Source: Immundisolibacter sp. (GTDB taxonomy: Bacteria > Pseudomonadota > Gammaproteobacteria > Immundisolibacterales > Immundisolibacteraceae). Taken from it: a stretch of 24,000 nucleotides of DNA. Positions 1-8,572 of this stretch are shown here, piece after piece. Positions within the stretch are counted from its first letter, which is position 1. The number at the start of each line of letters is the position of its first letter. The notes beneath the pieces are model-generated. The model saw nothing but the letters and a program-made list of their open reading frames with translations, did no database searches and was not told the origin of the DNA. The position numbers were made by a program, and so were the translations under genes. The DNA lies in contig NZ_JACIZD010000003.1 in assembly GCF_014359565.1 (NCBI RefSeq), forward strand, positions 252,357 to 276,356, read 5' to 3'.

Positions 1-1025
1 GGCGCGTAATAGATGTAGGTCTCGTTCACGCTGACCGGCACGCACCAGCGGATTTCCTGCAGCATGTTGAACAGGTTCGGGAAGATCACCGTGTGCGCCG
101 GGCCTTCGGTGAGAATCCGATTCGCCTTTTCCTTGCCGTGCAGGCGTTCCAGGCCCGCCAGATACTCGCGCTGGGCCGATTCGGGAATGTCGGCGGACCA
201 TTCGCCGGTGTAGGTCATGCCGGTCACGCGCCGCTGCGGGCGCATGTCCAGGTCCGAGTGGCCGTTGCCCAGGTCACGTGCGTGGATGAGGCCGAAATAG
301 CCCTTGCCCGGCGGCGGCGGTTTCTGGCCTTCCTTGGCCTCGAACATGTTGCCCAGGTACATGTTCGAGCCGTGCGTCTGGTAGACGTGGTAGGAGTCGA
401 CCGAGTTCTCCATCCACATCTTCCAGTTGCACTCGATGCGCATCTGGTAGACGCCGTGGTTCATGGTGATTTCGCCGGTCGGCGACAGGTCGCAGAAGCG
501 GTCGATGTTGGCCGCGGCCGGGCCCAGGTGTTCCTGCAGGCTCTTGCCGGTCTTGCCCATGCTGGCGAAGATGAAGCCGCGGTATTGCTCCACCCGCGGC
601 ACGCGAAACAGGCCGTTGTCCTCGCGCCTGAAATCCGGCGGGTAGTCCTCGCGAAACAGGATGCCCTTCAGGTCCCCTTCACAGCTGTAGGTCCAGCCGT
701 GGTACGAGCAGGTGAAGGTCTGCGCATTGCCGCGGCGCGCCTGGCAGATGGTGTTGCCGCGGTGCGTGCAGCGGTTCAGCAGCACCCGTACCTGCATGTC
801 CTTGCCGCGGGTGATGATGATCGGCTGCTGGCCGAGGAGGCCGGTGCGGTAGTCGCCGACGTTCGGGACCTCGCTTTCGTGGCCGACGAACACCCATTCG
901 CGGTACCAGATGCGGTTCAGCTCTTCCTCGAAGATGGCGGGGTCCGTGTACAGACTGCCGTGCACGCGGTCCGGGCGGACCAGAGCGGCGTAGTCGATCA
1001 GCGACGAGCGGGTTGCCATGTCCAT
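1..1025 (-). CDS. Aromatic ring-hydroxylating (Rieske non-heme iron) oxygenase, alpha subunit. The N-terminal 341 codons are present and the C-terminus runs off the window.
   Basis: Not in the ORF track because it leaves the window. My minus-strand translation from ATG 1025 gives MDMATRSSLIDYAALVRPDRVHGSLYTDPAIFEEE... It contains the Rieske motif CTHRGNTIC...CSYHGWTY and a downstream NSVDSYHVYQTHG iron-ligand-like motif. AGGAG lies 7 nt upstream of the ATG. Confidence 0.85.
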   Translation of the reverse strand, partial: MDMATRSSLIDYAALVRPDRVHGSLYTDPAIFEEELNRIWYREWVFVGHESEVPNVGDYRTGLLGQQPIIITRGKDMQVRVLLNRCTHRGNTICQARRGNAQTFTCSYHGWTYSCEGDLKGILFREDYPPDFRREDNGLFRVPRVEQYRGFIFASMGKTGKSLQEHLGPAAANIDRFCDLSPTGEITMNHGVYQMRIECNWKMWMENSVDSYHVYQTHGSNMYLGNMFEAKEGQKPPPPGKGYFGLIHARDLGNGHSDLDMRPQRRVTGMTYTGEWSADIPESAQREYLAGLERLHGKEKANRILTEGPAHTVIFPNLFNMLQEIRWCVPVSVNETYIYYA

Positions 1026-1164
1026 GACGGGGCTCCTCTTGCAGGGTATGTCGGGGGCGCTTCGAAGTGGCGCCTCGGTGGCCAGTCTAGTGCGGTCGCG
1101 CCGGGCCGTGAACGAAAAACCGATCGTTCGGTCGAAAAAACCGTCGGCTGGAAGGTTCACCGGC

Positions 1165-1374
1165 TCAGCTGCGCCCGGCCGGCGGCGTGCCGGGCGTCGC
1201 GCCCTCGCGCTCCTGGCCACAGCGGGCGCAGCGCCAGCGCGACGGCGTGCGCCCGGGCGCCGCGTGCGGCCCCAGGTCCACCAGTTGCCAGTTGTGATAA
1301 CCGTCCTGGCACTGCCGGCGGGCGCGCTCGCCCGACAACTGGTCGCGGCTTCGAAAGCGCAGGATTCTGGCCAT
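1165..1374 (-). CDS. Small hypothetical protein (69 aa) with Cys/His residues (C-x4-H ... C-x2-C)
   Basis: The ORF has high third-position GC and starts 13 nt after the stop of the upstream mug-like gene on the same strand. I recognise no family. Confidence 0.4.
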   Translation of the reverse strand: MARILRFRSRDQLSGERARRQCQDGYHNWQLVDLGPHAAPGRTPSRWRCARCGQEREGATPGTPPAGRS

Positions 1375-1389
1375 CAGCGGCTCCGGAAC

Positions 1390-1965
1390 TCAGGCCGACA
1401 CGATGCTTGAAAGCTTACGCCCGGTGCCGTCATCGTTGCCGGCGATGCAGGCGGCCAGCTGGCGGTAGCTGTCGGTCAACTGCGCCAGGCTGTAGCGGGC
1501 GTTGGCGGGGCTCGGATTGGGACTGACGAAGATGCGCGCCCCGGCAAAGGTCTGCGGCTGCAGGCCGGGCGCGATCACATCCTGCTGCGTCAGCACATGC
1601 CGGCAGAACGCCCGGTAGGCCGTGGCGCCATGGAACCACAGCAGCGGCGGCCGGCAGTTGTCGATCACCTGGGCCAGTCGCGCGGCGCCGGCGCGGTAAT
1701 CCGCAGCGCGCAGATGGTGCGCCATCGACGACGCGGTCTTGCACAGGTCCGTAAAGCCGATGCGGTCGCGGGCCAGGATCAGATTCATTGCCGCCGGACC
1801 GGGCGTGACCGGCGCTGCCAGCAGGCCGCTGGCGTTCAGCGCCGGCCAGAAGCGGTTCTGCGGGTTGGGAAAATAGAAGCCCTCGCGCACCGCCCGCAGC
1901 GACGGATTGATGCCCACCGACAGTAGGCGCAGCCCGGGCGCGAGGTAATCGGGCAGGGTATCCAT
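1390..1965 (-). CDS. mug: G/U mismatch-specific DNA glycosylase (UDG family 2, Mug-like)
   Basis: The N-terminus LAPGLRLLSVGINPSLRAVREGFYFPNPQNRFW and the later VSPNPSPANARYSL match the E. coli Mug motifs GINPG...HPANRFW and LPNPSGLS as I remember them. Confidence 0.8.
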   Translation of the reverse strand: MDTLPDYLAPGLRLLSVGINPSLRAVREGFYFPNPQNRFWPALNASGLLAAPVTPGPAAMNLILARDRIGFTDLCKTASSMAHHLRAADYRAGAARLAQVIDNCRPPLLWFHGATAYRAFCRHVLTQQDVIAPGLQPQTFAGARIFVSPNPSPANARYSLAQLTDSYRQLAACIAGNDDGTGRKLSSIVSA

Positions 1966-2133
1966 GGCGGCGCTGCGATCGGTTGCGATGGTTGAGTCTA
2001 TGGGGCGCCGGACGCGGCCGGACCGGTGGCCGGGAACTTTGTCCCGGTGCGCGTATCCTAAACAAGCGCACTGGTGTCAGCCGGCACCACTGTGGAAAAG
2101 ATTCCAAACACCCCAATTCCAGGAGGCCGTCCC

Positions 2134-2436
2134 ATGGATCAGAAAGCAAAAGCCGAAGCGAGCACCCCACCCGATGAGCGGGTCACCGACCGGGCAGCGC
2201 GCAGCGCGCACGAAACCATCGACCGCGTCGCCGAGCACGCCCGCTCGACCGAGGACCGCCTGCGCGATTCTGCCAGCCACGCTGGCGAGCGAGCGCGCGC
2301 GGCCGCCGAGCAGGTGCGCGAGCGCGGGCACGAATACGGCGACGACATCCAGCGCTTCGTGGCGGCCCGTCCGCTTGCGGCGCTGGGTATTGCCTTCGCG
2401 GCGGGCTGGCTGATTTCGCGACTGGGCCGCCGCTGA
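2134..2436 (+). CDS. ElaB/YqjD/DUF883 family membrane-anchored ribosome-binding protein
   Basis: AGGAGG at 2120-2125 precedes ATG 2134. The body is hydrophilic and helical, and the C-terminal anchor is RPLAALGIAFAAGWLISRLGRR, which is typical of the family. Confidence 0.8.
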   Translation: MDQKAKAEASTPPDERVTDRAARSAHETIDRVAEHARSTEDRLRDSASHAGERARAAAEQVRERGHEYGDDIQRFVAARPLAALGIAFAAGWLISRLGRR

Positions 2437-2448
2437 CAGGCACGGCGA

Positions 2449-2841
2449 GTGGAAGTTCCCCCGCCGCCTGGCGCCGGGGCCGGTCTGCGCGAGAGTCTGG
2501 GCGAAACGCTGCGCGCCATCCGCGGCTACCTGGCGGAACTGCTCGAATTGGCGGTCGAGGAGGCGCGCCTGAGCATCACCGTCTTGACGGTGGTGGGGAT
2601 TCTTGCCGCCGCGATCGTCCTGCTGCTGGTCACCGCTTGGCTGGCACTGGTGGCCGCGGCGGTGGTGCTGGCCGTGCGGGCCGGCATGGACTGGCCGGCA
2701 GCGCTGCTGGGCGCCGCTGCGCTCAATGGGCTGGCATGCGTGCCGCTGGTGATTTATGTCCGCTGCCTGATTCGTGGCCTCGGGTTTTCCGCCACGCGCG
2801 AAAGCGTGGCGCTGCAAGCGCCGCAAGACCTGCGCGCATGA
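2449..2841 (+). CDS. YqjE-like (phage holin family / DUF1469) inner-membrane protein
   Basis: GTG start 12 nt after the elaB-like stop. It has an amphipathic N-terminus (AELLELAVEEARL) followed by two hydrophobic helices. It occupies the same position as E. coli yqjE after yqjD. Confidence 0.7.
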   Translation: MEVPPPPGAGAGLRESLGETLRAIRGYLAELLELAVEEARLSITVLTVVGILAAAIVLLLVTAWLALVAAAVVLAVRAGMDWPAALLGAAALNGLACVPLVIYVRCLIRGLGFSATRESVALQAPQDLRA

Positions 2842-3224
2842 TGGGACTGGCCAGTGCCCGGGCCCGCTGCGACCAACAGCGCCTGCGCGTCGAGCAGGCG
2901 CGGTCTCGGGTGCAATGGTGGCAGGCACAGACGCGCGCTGCGGCAGTGCGCGCCACAACCTCGGTACCGGCCCTACTGGCGGCGGCTGTTGCCGGGTGGT
3001 GGGTCGGCAGGCGCAGGGTGACCCGTCAGCCGCGCTTCGGCGCGAACGCACGGATCACCGGGCAGTCCGTGCGCCATCTGTTGGTGCAGGCACTGCGCGT
3101 GTGGACGTTCTGGCGTGGTGTGCAGATGAATCTGGGTATCGCCCCGTCGCGTCACGCGGTTGCCGCACGGCAGGATGGGCGCCCATCCGCCACGCCGCAT
3201 TCCGGCCCATCGGGCAGGCCATGA
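2838..3224 (+). CDS. YqjK-like protein
   Basis: The ATG overlaps the yqjE-like stop (ATGA at 2838-2841). The N-terminus CDQQRLRVEQARSRVQ resembles the YqjK QQQRLDL motif, and one hydrophobic segment follows. It is the third member of the yqjD-E-K arrangement. Confidence 0.55.
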   Translation: MMGLASARARCDQQRLRVEQARSRVQWWQAQTRAAAVRATTSVPALLAAAVAGWWVGRRRVTRQPRFGANARITGQSVRHLLVQALRVWTFWRGVQMNLGIAPSRHAVAARQDGRPSATPHSGPSGRP

Positions 3225-3359
3225 CTGCCGTCAGTTACAGCCAACCAGCGCGGCCAATGACAACGCAAGCGGGGCCTGGGTGACGGTGTTGCGTATTCTG
3301 GACGGTGAGCATCCGCCGCGGCGCGATTGGCGGCGGCGTTTGCAGCGGGCGCTGTACTG

Positions 3360-3743
3360 ATGGCGGCGGCGCGTTTTTTCCTGATGGCCGGCGCGCTCAA
3401 TGCGGCGCTGGCGGTGATGCTGGGCGCCTTCGGCGCGCACGGGCTGCGCGGGCGGCTGCCGGCGGATATGCTGGCCATCTATCAGACCGGCTGCCAATAC
3501 CACGTCTACCACGCGCTTGGCCTGCTGCTGGTCGGCCTGTTGGCCCTGCATGCGCCGACCAACAGCGCGCTGCGCTGGAGCGGCTGGCTGATGCTGGCGG
3601 GCGTGCTGCTGTTCAGCGGCAGCCTGTACCTGTTGGCGATCACCGGCCAGCGCTGGTTGGGGGCGATCACCCCGCTCGGTGGCAGCGCCTGGATTGCCGC
3701 CTGGTTGTTGTTGGTCTGGGCGGCGCGTGGTGTTGGGAGGTAG
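3360..3743 (+). CDS. DUF423 (YgdD-like) membrane protein
   Basis: LGAFGAHGL...YQTGCQYHVYHAL...LFSGSLYLLA...PLGG matches the YgdD pattern GAFGAH / YQ.FH / LFSGSLY. The start is placed at the internal ATG 3360 by comparison of N-terminal length. Confidence 0.8.
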   Translation: MAAARFFLMAGALNAALAVMLGAFGAHGLRGRLPADMLAIYQTGCQYHVYHALGLLLVGLLALHAPTNSALRWSGWLMLAGVLLFSGSLYLLAITGQRWLGAITPLGGSAWIAAWLLLVWAARGVGR

Positions 3744-4215
3744 GCGCCTGCGCGTGATTTCCGGCGGCCAGACCGGCGTCGATCGCGCCGCGCTGGATGT
3801 GGCGCTGGAGCTTGGCCTGCCCTGCGGCGGCTGGTGTCCGGTCGGCCGGCGCGCCGAGGACGGGCCGATTCCGACCCGTTACCCGCTTACCGAAACGGCC
3901 AGCGCCGACTACGGCGAGCGCACCCGGCGCAACGTGGCCGAGGCCGACGCGACGCTGGTGCTGTGCCACGGGGGGCTGAATGGCGGCACGCTGCTGACGG
4001 TGGAGGCGGCCCTTGAGCTGGACAAGCCGTGTCTGGTCATCGACCTGCGCCGGCCCTGGCAACCTTCGCAGGTGCAGTCGTGGCTGCATGCCTGCGCGGT
4101 GACTACCGTGAATCTGGCCGGCCCGCGCGAGACCGGCACACCCGGCATTCATGCGCTGGCGAGCGATTTTCTGCGCGCCGTTCTGGCACCGGCGGTGGCT
4201 GACAAGACCGGCTGA
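3727..4215 (+). CDS. YpsA-like SLOG-fold protein, usually annotated as a putative molybdenum carrier
   Basis: ISGGQTGVDRAALDVALELGLPCGGWCPVGRRAEDGPIP..YPL.E......Y..RT..NV is the signature of this family. The start is uncertain: GTG 3727 or 3730, TTG 3733, or GTG 3754, which lies 13 nt after GGGAGG. Confidence 0.7.
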   Translation: MVLGGRRLRVISGGQTGVDRAALDVALELGLPCGGWCPVGRRAEDGPIPTRYPLTETASADYGERTRRNVAEADATLVLCHGGLNGGTLLTVEAALELDKPCLVIDLRRPWQPSQVQSWLHACAVTTVNLAGPRETGTPGIHALASDFLRAVLAPAVADKTG

Positions 4216-4245
4216 CTGGTCGCCGGAACGGACCGTGCGCCGCGG

Positions 4246-5109
4246 TCAGTGCAGCGGCCCGCTCCCCATGTCATCGAGCAGGCGCTCCACCGCGGCGCGG
4301 TCGTAGTGGTAGTGCTGGTTGCAGAACTCGCAGTCCACGTCGATGCCGCCGCGCTCGGCCAGCAGGGACTCGATTTCCGCCCGGCCCAGCGCCAGCAGCG
4401 TCGCCTCCACGCGCTGGGCGGAACACGAACAGCCAAAGCGCATCGCCTGCGACGCCAGCAGGTGCAGGTCTTGGTCACCGAACAGCCGGCCCAGCAAGCG
4501 CGTCGGTTCCAGGTGCAGCAGTTCCTGCGGGCGCGTGGTGCCGGCCAGTGCCGCCACGTGCTCCCACTGCGCCGCATCGTCCGGCCCGGCGCTGCCCGGC
4601 AGGCGCTGCAGCAGCAAACCGGCCGCGCGCGTCGGGTCCGCCGCCAGCACGATGCAGCCTGGCAGCTGATCGGAGCTCGCGAAATAACCCTCCAGCGTGG
4701 CCGCGAGGCCACCGGCGGCCAGCTCCACGATGCCCTGGTAGCGGCGCCCGTCGCCGCGGGCATCCAGCGTGATCACCAGTCGCCCGTCACCCAGCAGCGC
4801 ATGCCAGTCGGTGTCGTGGAGCGGTTCTTCCCAGCGCGCCAGCGCCCGCACCGTGGAACCGGCCCGGTTGTCGGCCACCAGCAGACGCAGCGGGCCGGCA
4901 CCGCGCAGCTCGACGATGACCTGTCCGGCGGCCTTCAGATTGCTGCCCAGCAGCGCCGCACCGGCCAGCAGCTGGCCGAGCAGTTCGCGAACGGCGGGCG
5001 GGTAATGGTGACGCGACAGCACGTCCTGCCAGGTCGTTTCGAGCTGCACCAGCAGGCCGCGCACCGGCGCCTGGGCGAACGTGAACCGGTGCAGCGTATC
5101 GGACGACAT
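4246..5109 (-). CDS. hslO: Hsp33 redox-regulated chaperone
   Basis: 287 aa, with the C-terminal zinc centre FGCSCS ... VDCEFCNQHY (CxC...CxxC) and overall Hsp33-like sequence. Confidence 0.9.
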   Translation of the reverse strand: MSSDTLHRFTFAQAPVRGLLVQLETTWQDVLSRHHYPPAVRELLGQLLAGAALLGSNLKAAGQVIVELRGAGPLRLLVADNRAGSTVRALARWEEPLHDTDWHALLGDGRLVITLDARGDGRRYQGIVELAAGGLAATLEGYFASSDQLPGCIVLAADPTRAAGLLLQRLPGSAGPDDAAQWEHVAALAGTTRPQELLHLEPTRLLGRLFGDQDLHLLASQAMRFGCSCSAQRVEATLLALGRAEIESLLAERGGIDVDCEFCNQHYHYDRAAVERLLDDMGSGPLH

Positions 5110-5128
5110 GGCGGGGATTCGAAAGAAC

Positions 5129-5153
5129 GGGCGGCCAGTATAGCGGGCCGCCC
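5129..5153 (-). terminator. Possible hairpin terminator or attenuator downstream of mscL
   Basis: An 8-bp perfect stem (GGGCGGCC at 5129-5136, GGCCGCCC at 5146-5153) is followed on the minus strand by GTTCTTTCG. The T tract is weak, and the hairpin lies only about 20 nt upstream of the hslO start. Confidence 0.3.
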
Positions 5154-5183
5154 ATCCGTGGCCGGCGCCGGGCGCGTTTCAGA

Positions 5184-5630
5184 TCACAGCTGCGAGGTGC
5201 AGTTCGGGCAACGCGTCGCCGCCACCGGGATGGCCGTGCAACAGTGGGGGCATTCGCGGGTCGCCGGGGCTGGCGGAGGCTCGGCCTTTTTGAGCCGGTT
5301 CAGGCTGCGGATCAGCATGAACACCGCAAACGCGACGATCACGAAGCTGACGATCGAGTTGATGAACAGCCCGTAGTTGATGGTGACCGCGCCCGCCGCC
5401 TTGGCCGCGGCCAGCGACGTGTACGGACCGGCAGTCGCACCCTCGCGCAGCACCGCAAACAGGTTGGAGAAGTCCACCTGGCCCAGCAGCAGGCCGATCG
5501 GCGGCATCAGCACGTCGTCGACCAGCGACTTGACGATGGCGCCAAAGGCCGCGCCGATGATGATGCCGACCGCCATGTCGACCACGCTGCCGCGCATGGC
5601 GAACTCCCGAAATTCCTTCAGCACGCTCAT
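5184..5630 (-). CDS. mscL: Large-conductance mechanosensitive channel MscL with a Cys-rich C-terminal tail
   Basis: [33 protein letters not shown]...LMPPIG is the canonical MscL N-terminus. The true start is ATG 5630, so the upstream part of the 239-aa track ORF is not credible coding sequence. Confidence 0.9.
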   Translation of the reverse strand: MSVLKEFREFAMRGSVVDMAVGIIIGAAFGAIVKSLVDDVLMPPIGLLLGQVDFSNLFAVLREGATAGPYTSLAAAKAAGAVTINYGLFINSIVSFVIVAFAVFMLIRSLNRLKKAEPPPAPATRECPHCCTAIPVAATRCPNCTSQL

Positions 5631-5989
5631 GTGTGTTCTCCCGGATTGCAGCACCGGCCCGGCGAGGCCGGGCGCCCGGAATTGTGCGTTTCGGGTGCAG
5701 GAAATACCAACGCATATTTGGCAGCCGTGCAATTGCCAGTGTTGAGTGTGTGGACATCCCTGAAGGTGTCGAGCGACGTCGGTCGCACCATCTTGGGTCG
5801 CTAATCGGGCGCTGCGCTTCAAAGCGAGACATCTTGATTGCATCGAAGGAAAAAATGCCACGCCCAAGCCCGGTTTGATTGGCCTGACACTTGCTTGTAC
5901 CATTCGCGGCCCTTTGCCCCTGCGTGGCTTGCCCGTCTGGCAAAGGAATCGTGAAGCAATTGCCTACAGCAATCGGAGACGAGCAACTC

Positions 5990-6736
5990 ATGAAGCAAGT
6001 AATCCTGACCTCGCTGGCTGCGGCCGGCCTACTGGCCGCGACCGGGGCTGCCGCCGACATCACCGGCAACGTTGGCCTGACCAGCGACTACGTGTTCCGA
6101 GGCATCAGCCAGACCGACGAGAAGCCGGCCATTCAGGGCGGCCTGGACTACGCGCACAGCAGCGGTGCCTATGCCGGTGTGTGGGCCTCCAATGTCGATT
6201 TCAACGACGGCGACGAGGCGCAGATCGAGATCGACATGTACGCCGGCATGACCGGCAAGATCGACGACCTGGGCTGGAAGTTCGGCGGCGTTTACTACAA
6301 CTACCCGGGCGTCGCCGACAGCTCCGGCCTGAAGTACGACTACTGGGAATTCGGCCCGACCCTGACCTACCCGATTGGGCCGGCCACCGCCAGCCTGCTG
6401 GTCCTGTGGAGCCCGAACTTCTACAACGAAACCGGCAAGGGTCTGTACTCCGAACTGGGCCTGTCGGCGCCGATCGGGCCGGCTGAGCCGGGTGGGCCGT
6501 TCGGTCAGTTCAACCTGGGCGGCACCTTCGGCCACCAGGACATCGAGCGCAACGCCAAGTTCGGCACCCCGGACTACAACAACTGGAGTGTGTACGCCTC
6601 CACCACTGTGGCGGGTGTTGGCCTGAAGCTGGCCTACACCGACACCGAGCTGAGCAAGAGCGAGTGCTTCGGCGGCGGCTCCTTTGGCGACTGGTGCGGC
6701 GGCCGCGCCGTGTTCAGCGTCAGCAAGGCGCTGTAA
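5990..6736 (+). CDS. TorF-family putative outer-membrane porin (TIGR02001-like)
   Basis: The signal peptide is MKQVILTSLAAAGLLAATGAAA. It is followed by ITGNVGLTSDYVFRGISQTDEKPAIQGGLDY and an aromatic-rich beta pattern, as in the family. GGAG lies 12 nt upstream of ATG 5990. Confidence 0.75.
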   Translation: MKQVILTSLAAAGLLAATGAAADITGNVGLTSDYVFRGISQTDEKPAIQGGLDYAHSSGAYAGVWASNVDFNDGDEAQIEIDMYAGMTGKIDDLGWKFGGVYYNYPGVADSSGLKYDYWEFGPTLTYPIGPATASLLVLWSPNFYNETGKGLYSELGLSAPIGPAEPGGPFGQFNLGGTFGHQDIERNAKFGTPDYNNWSVYASTTVAGVGLKLAYTDTELSKSECFGGGSFGDWCGGRAVFSVSKAL

Positions 6737-6762
6737 AGCCTGAATCCGCCTCGGCGGAAATG

Positions 6763-6800
6763 AAAAAGCGGGTGGACAGTGATGTCCACCCGCTTTTTTT
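6763..6800. terminator. Bidirectional rho-independent terminator shared by the porin gene (+) and icd (-)
   Basis: An 11-bp perfect stem (AGCGGGTGGAC at 6767-6777, GTCCACCCGCT at 6784-6794) with a 6-nt loop. It is flanked by an A run (6763-6767) and a T run (6794-6800). Confidence 0.75.
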
Positions 6801-6848
6801 GTACCCGAAATCCGTCGCTGAGCGCGTGGCGCACGCCCAGCGGTCGGC

Positions 6849-8105
6849 TTACATGTTGGCGACGATGGCCTGCCCGAACTCGCGGCTGCCGAGCTTGGTG
6901 GCGCCTTCCATCAGGCGCTCGAAGTCGTAGGTCACGGTCTTCGCCTGGATAGCGCCGGAGATGCCCTTGACGATCAGGTCGGCCGCCTCGGTCCAGCCCA
7001 GATGCCGCAGCATCATCTCGCCGGACAGGATGATCGAGCCCGGGTTCGACATGTTCTTGCCGGCGTACTTGGGGGCGGTGCCGTGCGTGGCCTCGAACAG
7101 CGCCACGGTGTCGGACATGTTGGCGCCCGGCGCGATGCCGATGCCGCCCACCTGCGCCGCCAGCGCGTCGGAGACGTAATCGCCGTTCAGGTTGAGCGTG
7201 GCGATCACGCTGTAGTCCCGCGGGCGGGTGAGGATTTGCTGCAGGAAGGCATCGGCGATCGCGTCCTTGACCACGATGTCCTTGCCGGTGCGCGGATTCT
7301 TGAAGCTGCACCACGGGCCGCCGTCGATTTCCATGGCGCCGAACTCGGCCTTGGCCAGCGCATAGCCCCAGTCCCGGAAGCCGCCTTCCGTGAACTTCAT
7401 GATGTTGCCCTTGTGCACCAGCGTCACCGACGGGCGGTCGTTGTCGATGGCGTACTGGATGGCCTTGCGCACCAGGCGCTGGGTGCCTTCCTCGGACACC
7501 GGTTTGATGCCGATACCGGAGCTTTCCGGGAAGCGGATCTTCGTGACACCCATGTCCTTGATCAGGAAATCGATCAGCTTGCGGGCCTCAGGCGAGCGCG
7601 CGGCCCACTCGATGCCGGCGTAGATGTCCTCGGAGTTCTCGCGAAAGATCACCATGTCGGTGTCTTCCGGGCGCTTGATGGGGCTGGGCGTGCCGGGGTA
7701 GTAGCGCACCGGGCGCAGGCACACGTAAAGATCGAGCTCCTGGCGCAGCGCCACGTTCAGCGAGCGCATGCCGCCGCCGACCGGCGTGGTCAGCGGTCCC
7801 TTGATGCCGACCAGGAACTCGCGCATGGCGGTCAGCGTCTCGGCCGGCAGCCAGGTGTCGCCGCCGTAGGTGGCCACCGCCTTCTCGCCGGCGTAGATCT
7901 CCATCCAGGCGATGGAGCGCTTGCCGCCGTAGGCCTTGGCGACGGCCGCGTCGAGCACCTCGATCATCGGCGGCGTCACGTCCACGCCGATGCCGTCACC
8001 CTCGATGAACGGGATGATCGGCCGATCCGGCACGTTCAGGGAGTTGTCGGCCTTGGCGGTAATGCGCGCGCCGTCGGTCGGTACAATGATTTTTTCGTAA
8101 GCCAT
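6849..8105 (-). CDS. icd: NADP-dependent isocitrate dehydrogenase
   Basis: 418 aa starting [45 protein letters not shown]. It is collinear with E. coli Icd (416 aa), and the C-terminus is [18 protein letters not shown]. The upstream 58 codons of the track ORF were rejected. Confidence 0.95.
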   Translation of the reverse strand: MAYEKIIVPTDGARITAKADNSLNVPDRPIIPFIEGDGIGVDVTPPMIEVLDAAVAKAYGGKRSIAWMEIYAGEKAVATYGGDTWLPAETLTAMREFLVGIKGPLTTPVGGGMRSLNVALRQELDLYVCLRPVRYYPGTPSPIKRPEDTDMVIFRENSEDIYAGIEWAARSPEARKLIDFLIKDMGVTKIRFPESSGIGIKPVSEEGTQRLVRKAIQYAIDNDRPSVTLVHKGNIMKFTEGGFRDWGYALAKAEFGAMEIDGGPWCSFKNPRTGKDIVVKDAIADAFLQQILTRPRDYSVIATLNLNGDYVSDALAAQVGGIGIAPGANMSDTVALFEATHGTAPKYAGKNMSNPGSIILSGEMMLRHLGWTEAADLIVKGISGAIQAKTVTYDFERLMEGATKLGSREFGQAIVANM

Positions 8106-8175
8106 GGCCTCGCCTGCCTGCTGGAATAATGAGGCCGGCATTTTAATCGACAACCGGTCCTTCTTACTTCCGCCC

Positions 8176-8481
8176 ATGCCGCAGCACACCATCCTGATCG
8201 CCGACACGGGCGAGAGCTTCCCCTGCGCCGAAGACCAGTCCGTCCTGCACGGCATGAGCCGCCTGGGCCGCAAAGGCATCCCGCAGGGCTGCTACGGCGG
8301 CGGCTGCGGCGTGTGCAAGATCCAGGTACTCAGCGGCCGTTACCACACGCGCAAGATGAGTCGCGACCAGGTCACGGCCGAGGAAGAACAGGCCGGTTAT
8401 GCGCTGGCCTGCCGCACCTGCGCCGACGAAGACCTGACGCTGCGCGTGATCGGCAAGCTGCGCAAGGCGTTGACGCGCTGA
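8176..8481 (+). CDS. XylT-type plant-like [2Fe-2S] ferredoxin
   Basis: [52 protein letters not shown]...ALACRT closely parallels the remembered XylT sequence (FRCAEGQSVLRAMEAQGKRCIPVGCRGGGCGLCRVRVLSGAYRSGRMSRGHV...ALACQ). The cysteine pattern is C-x4-C-x2-C...C. Confidence 0.75.
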   Translation: MPQHTILIADTGESFPCAEDQSVLHGMSRLGRKGIPQGCYGGGCGVCKIQVLSGRYHTRKMSRDQVTAEEEQAGYALACRTCADEDLTLRVIGKLRKALTR

Positions 8482-8572
8482 CCGGCCGCTGGCGGGGTGC
8501 TGTCGACGGCCCGTCCATACCGACCGACGGTTCGCAAACGCGCTGCCGCGGGTCGTGCTGATGCGTCGATCG

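Noticed and set aside
93-1526. 477-aa plus-strand ORF, the longest in the first 2 kb
   Set aside because: It is antisense to the Rieske oxygenase, the small ORF and the mug 3' end. The Ala/Arg/Val/Gly-rich composition has no motifs and is the typical shadow ORF of high-GC DNA.
2077-3051. 324-aa minus-strand ORF, plus several 60-200-aa ORFs across 2.1-3.6 kb
   Set aside because: They are antisense to the yqjD/yqjE/yqjK-like trio, whose products have family-typical membrane topology. I recognised no motifs in them.
4249-5376. 375-aa plus-strand ORF
   Set aside because: It is antisense to hslO and the mscL 3' end. Both of those genes are unambiguous.
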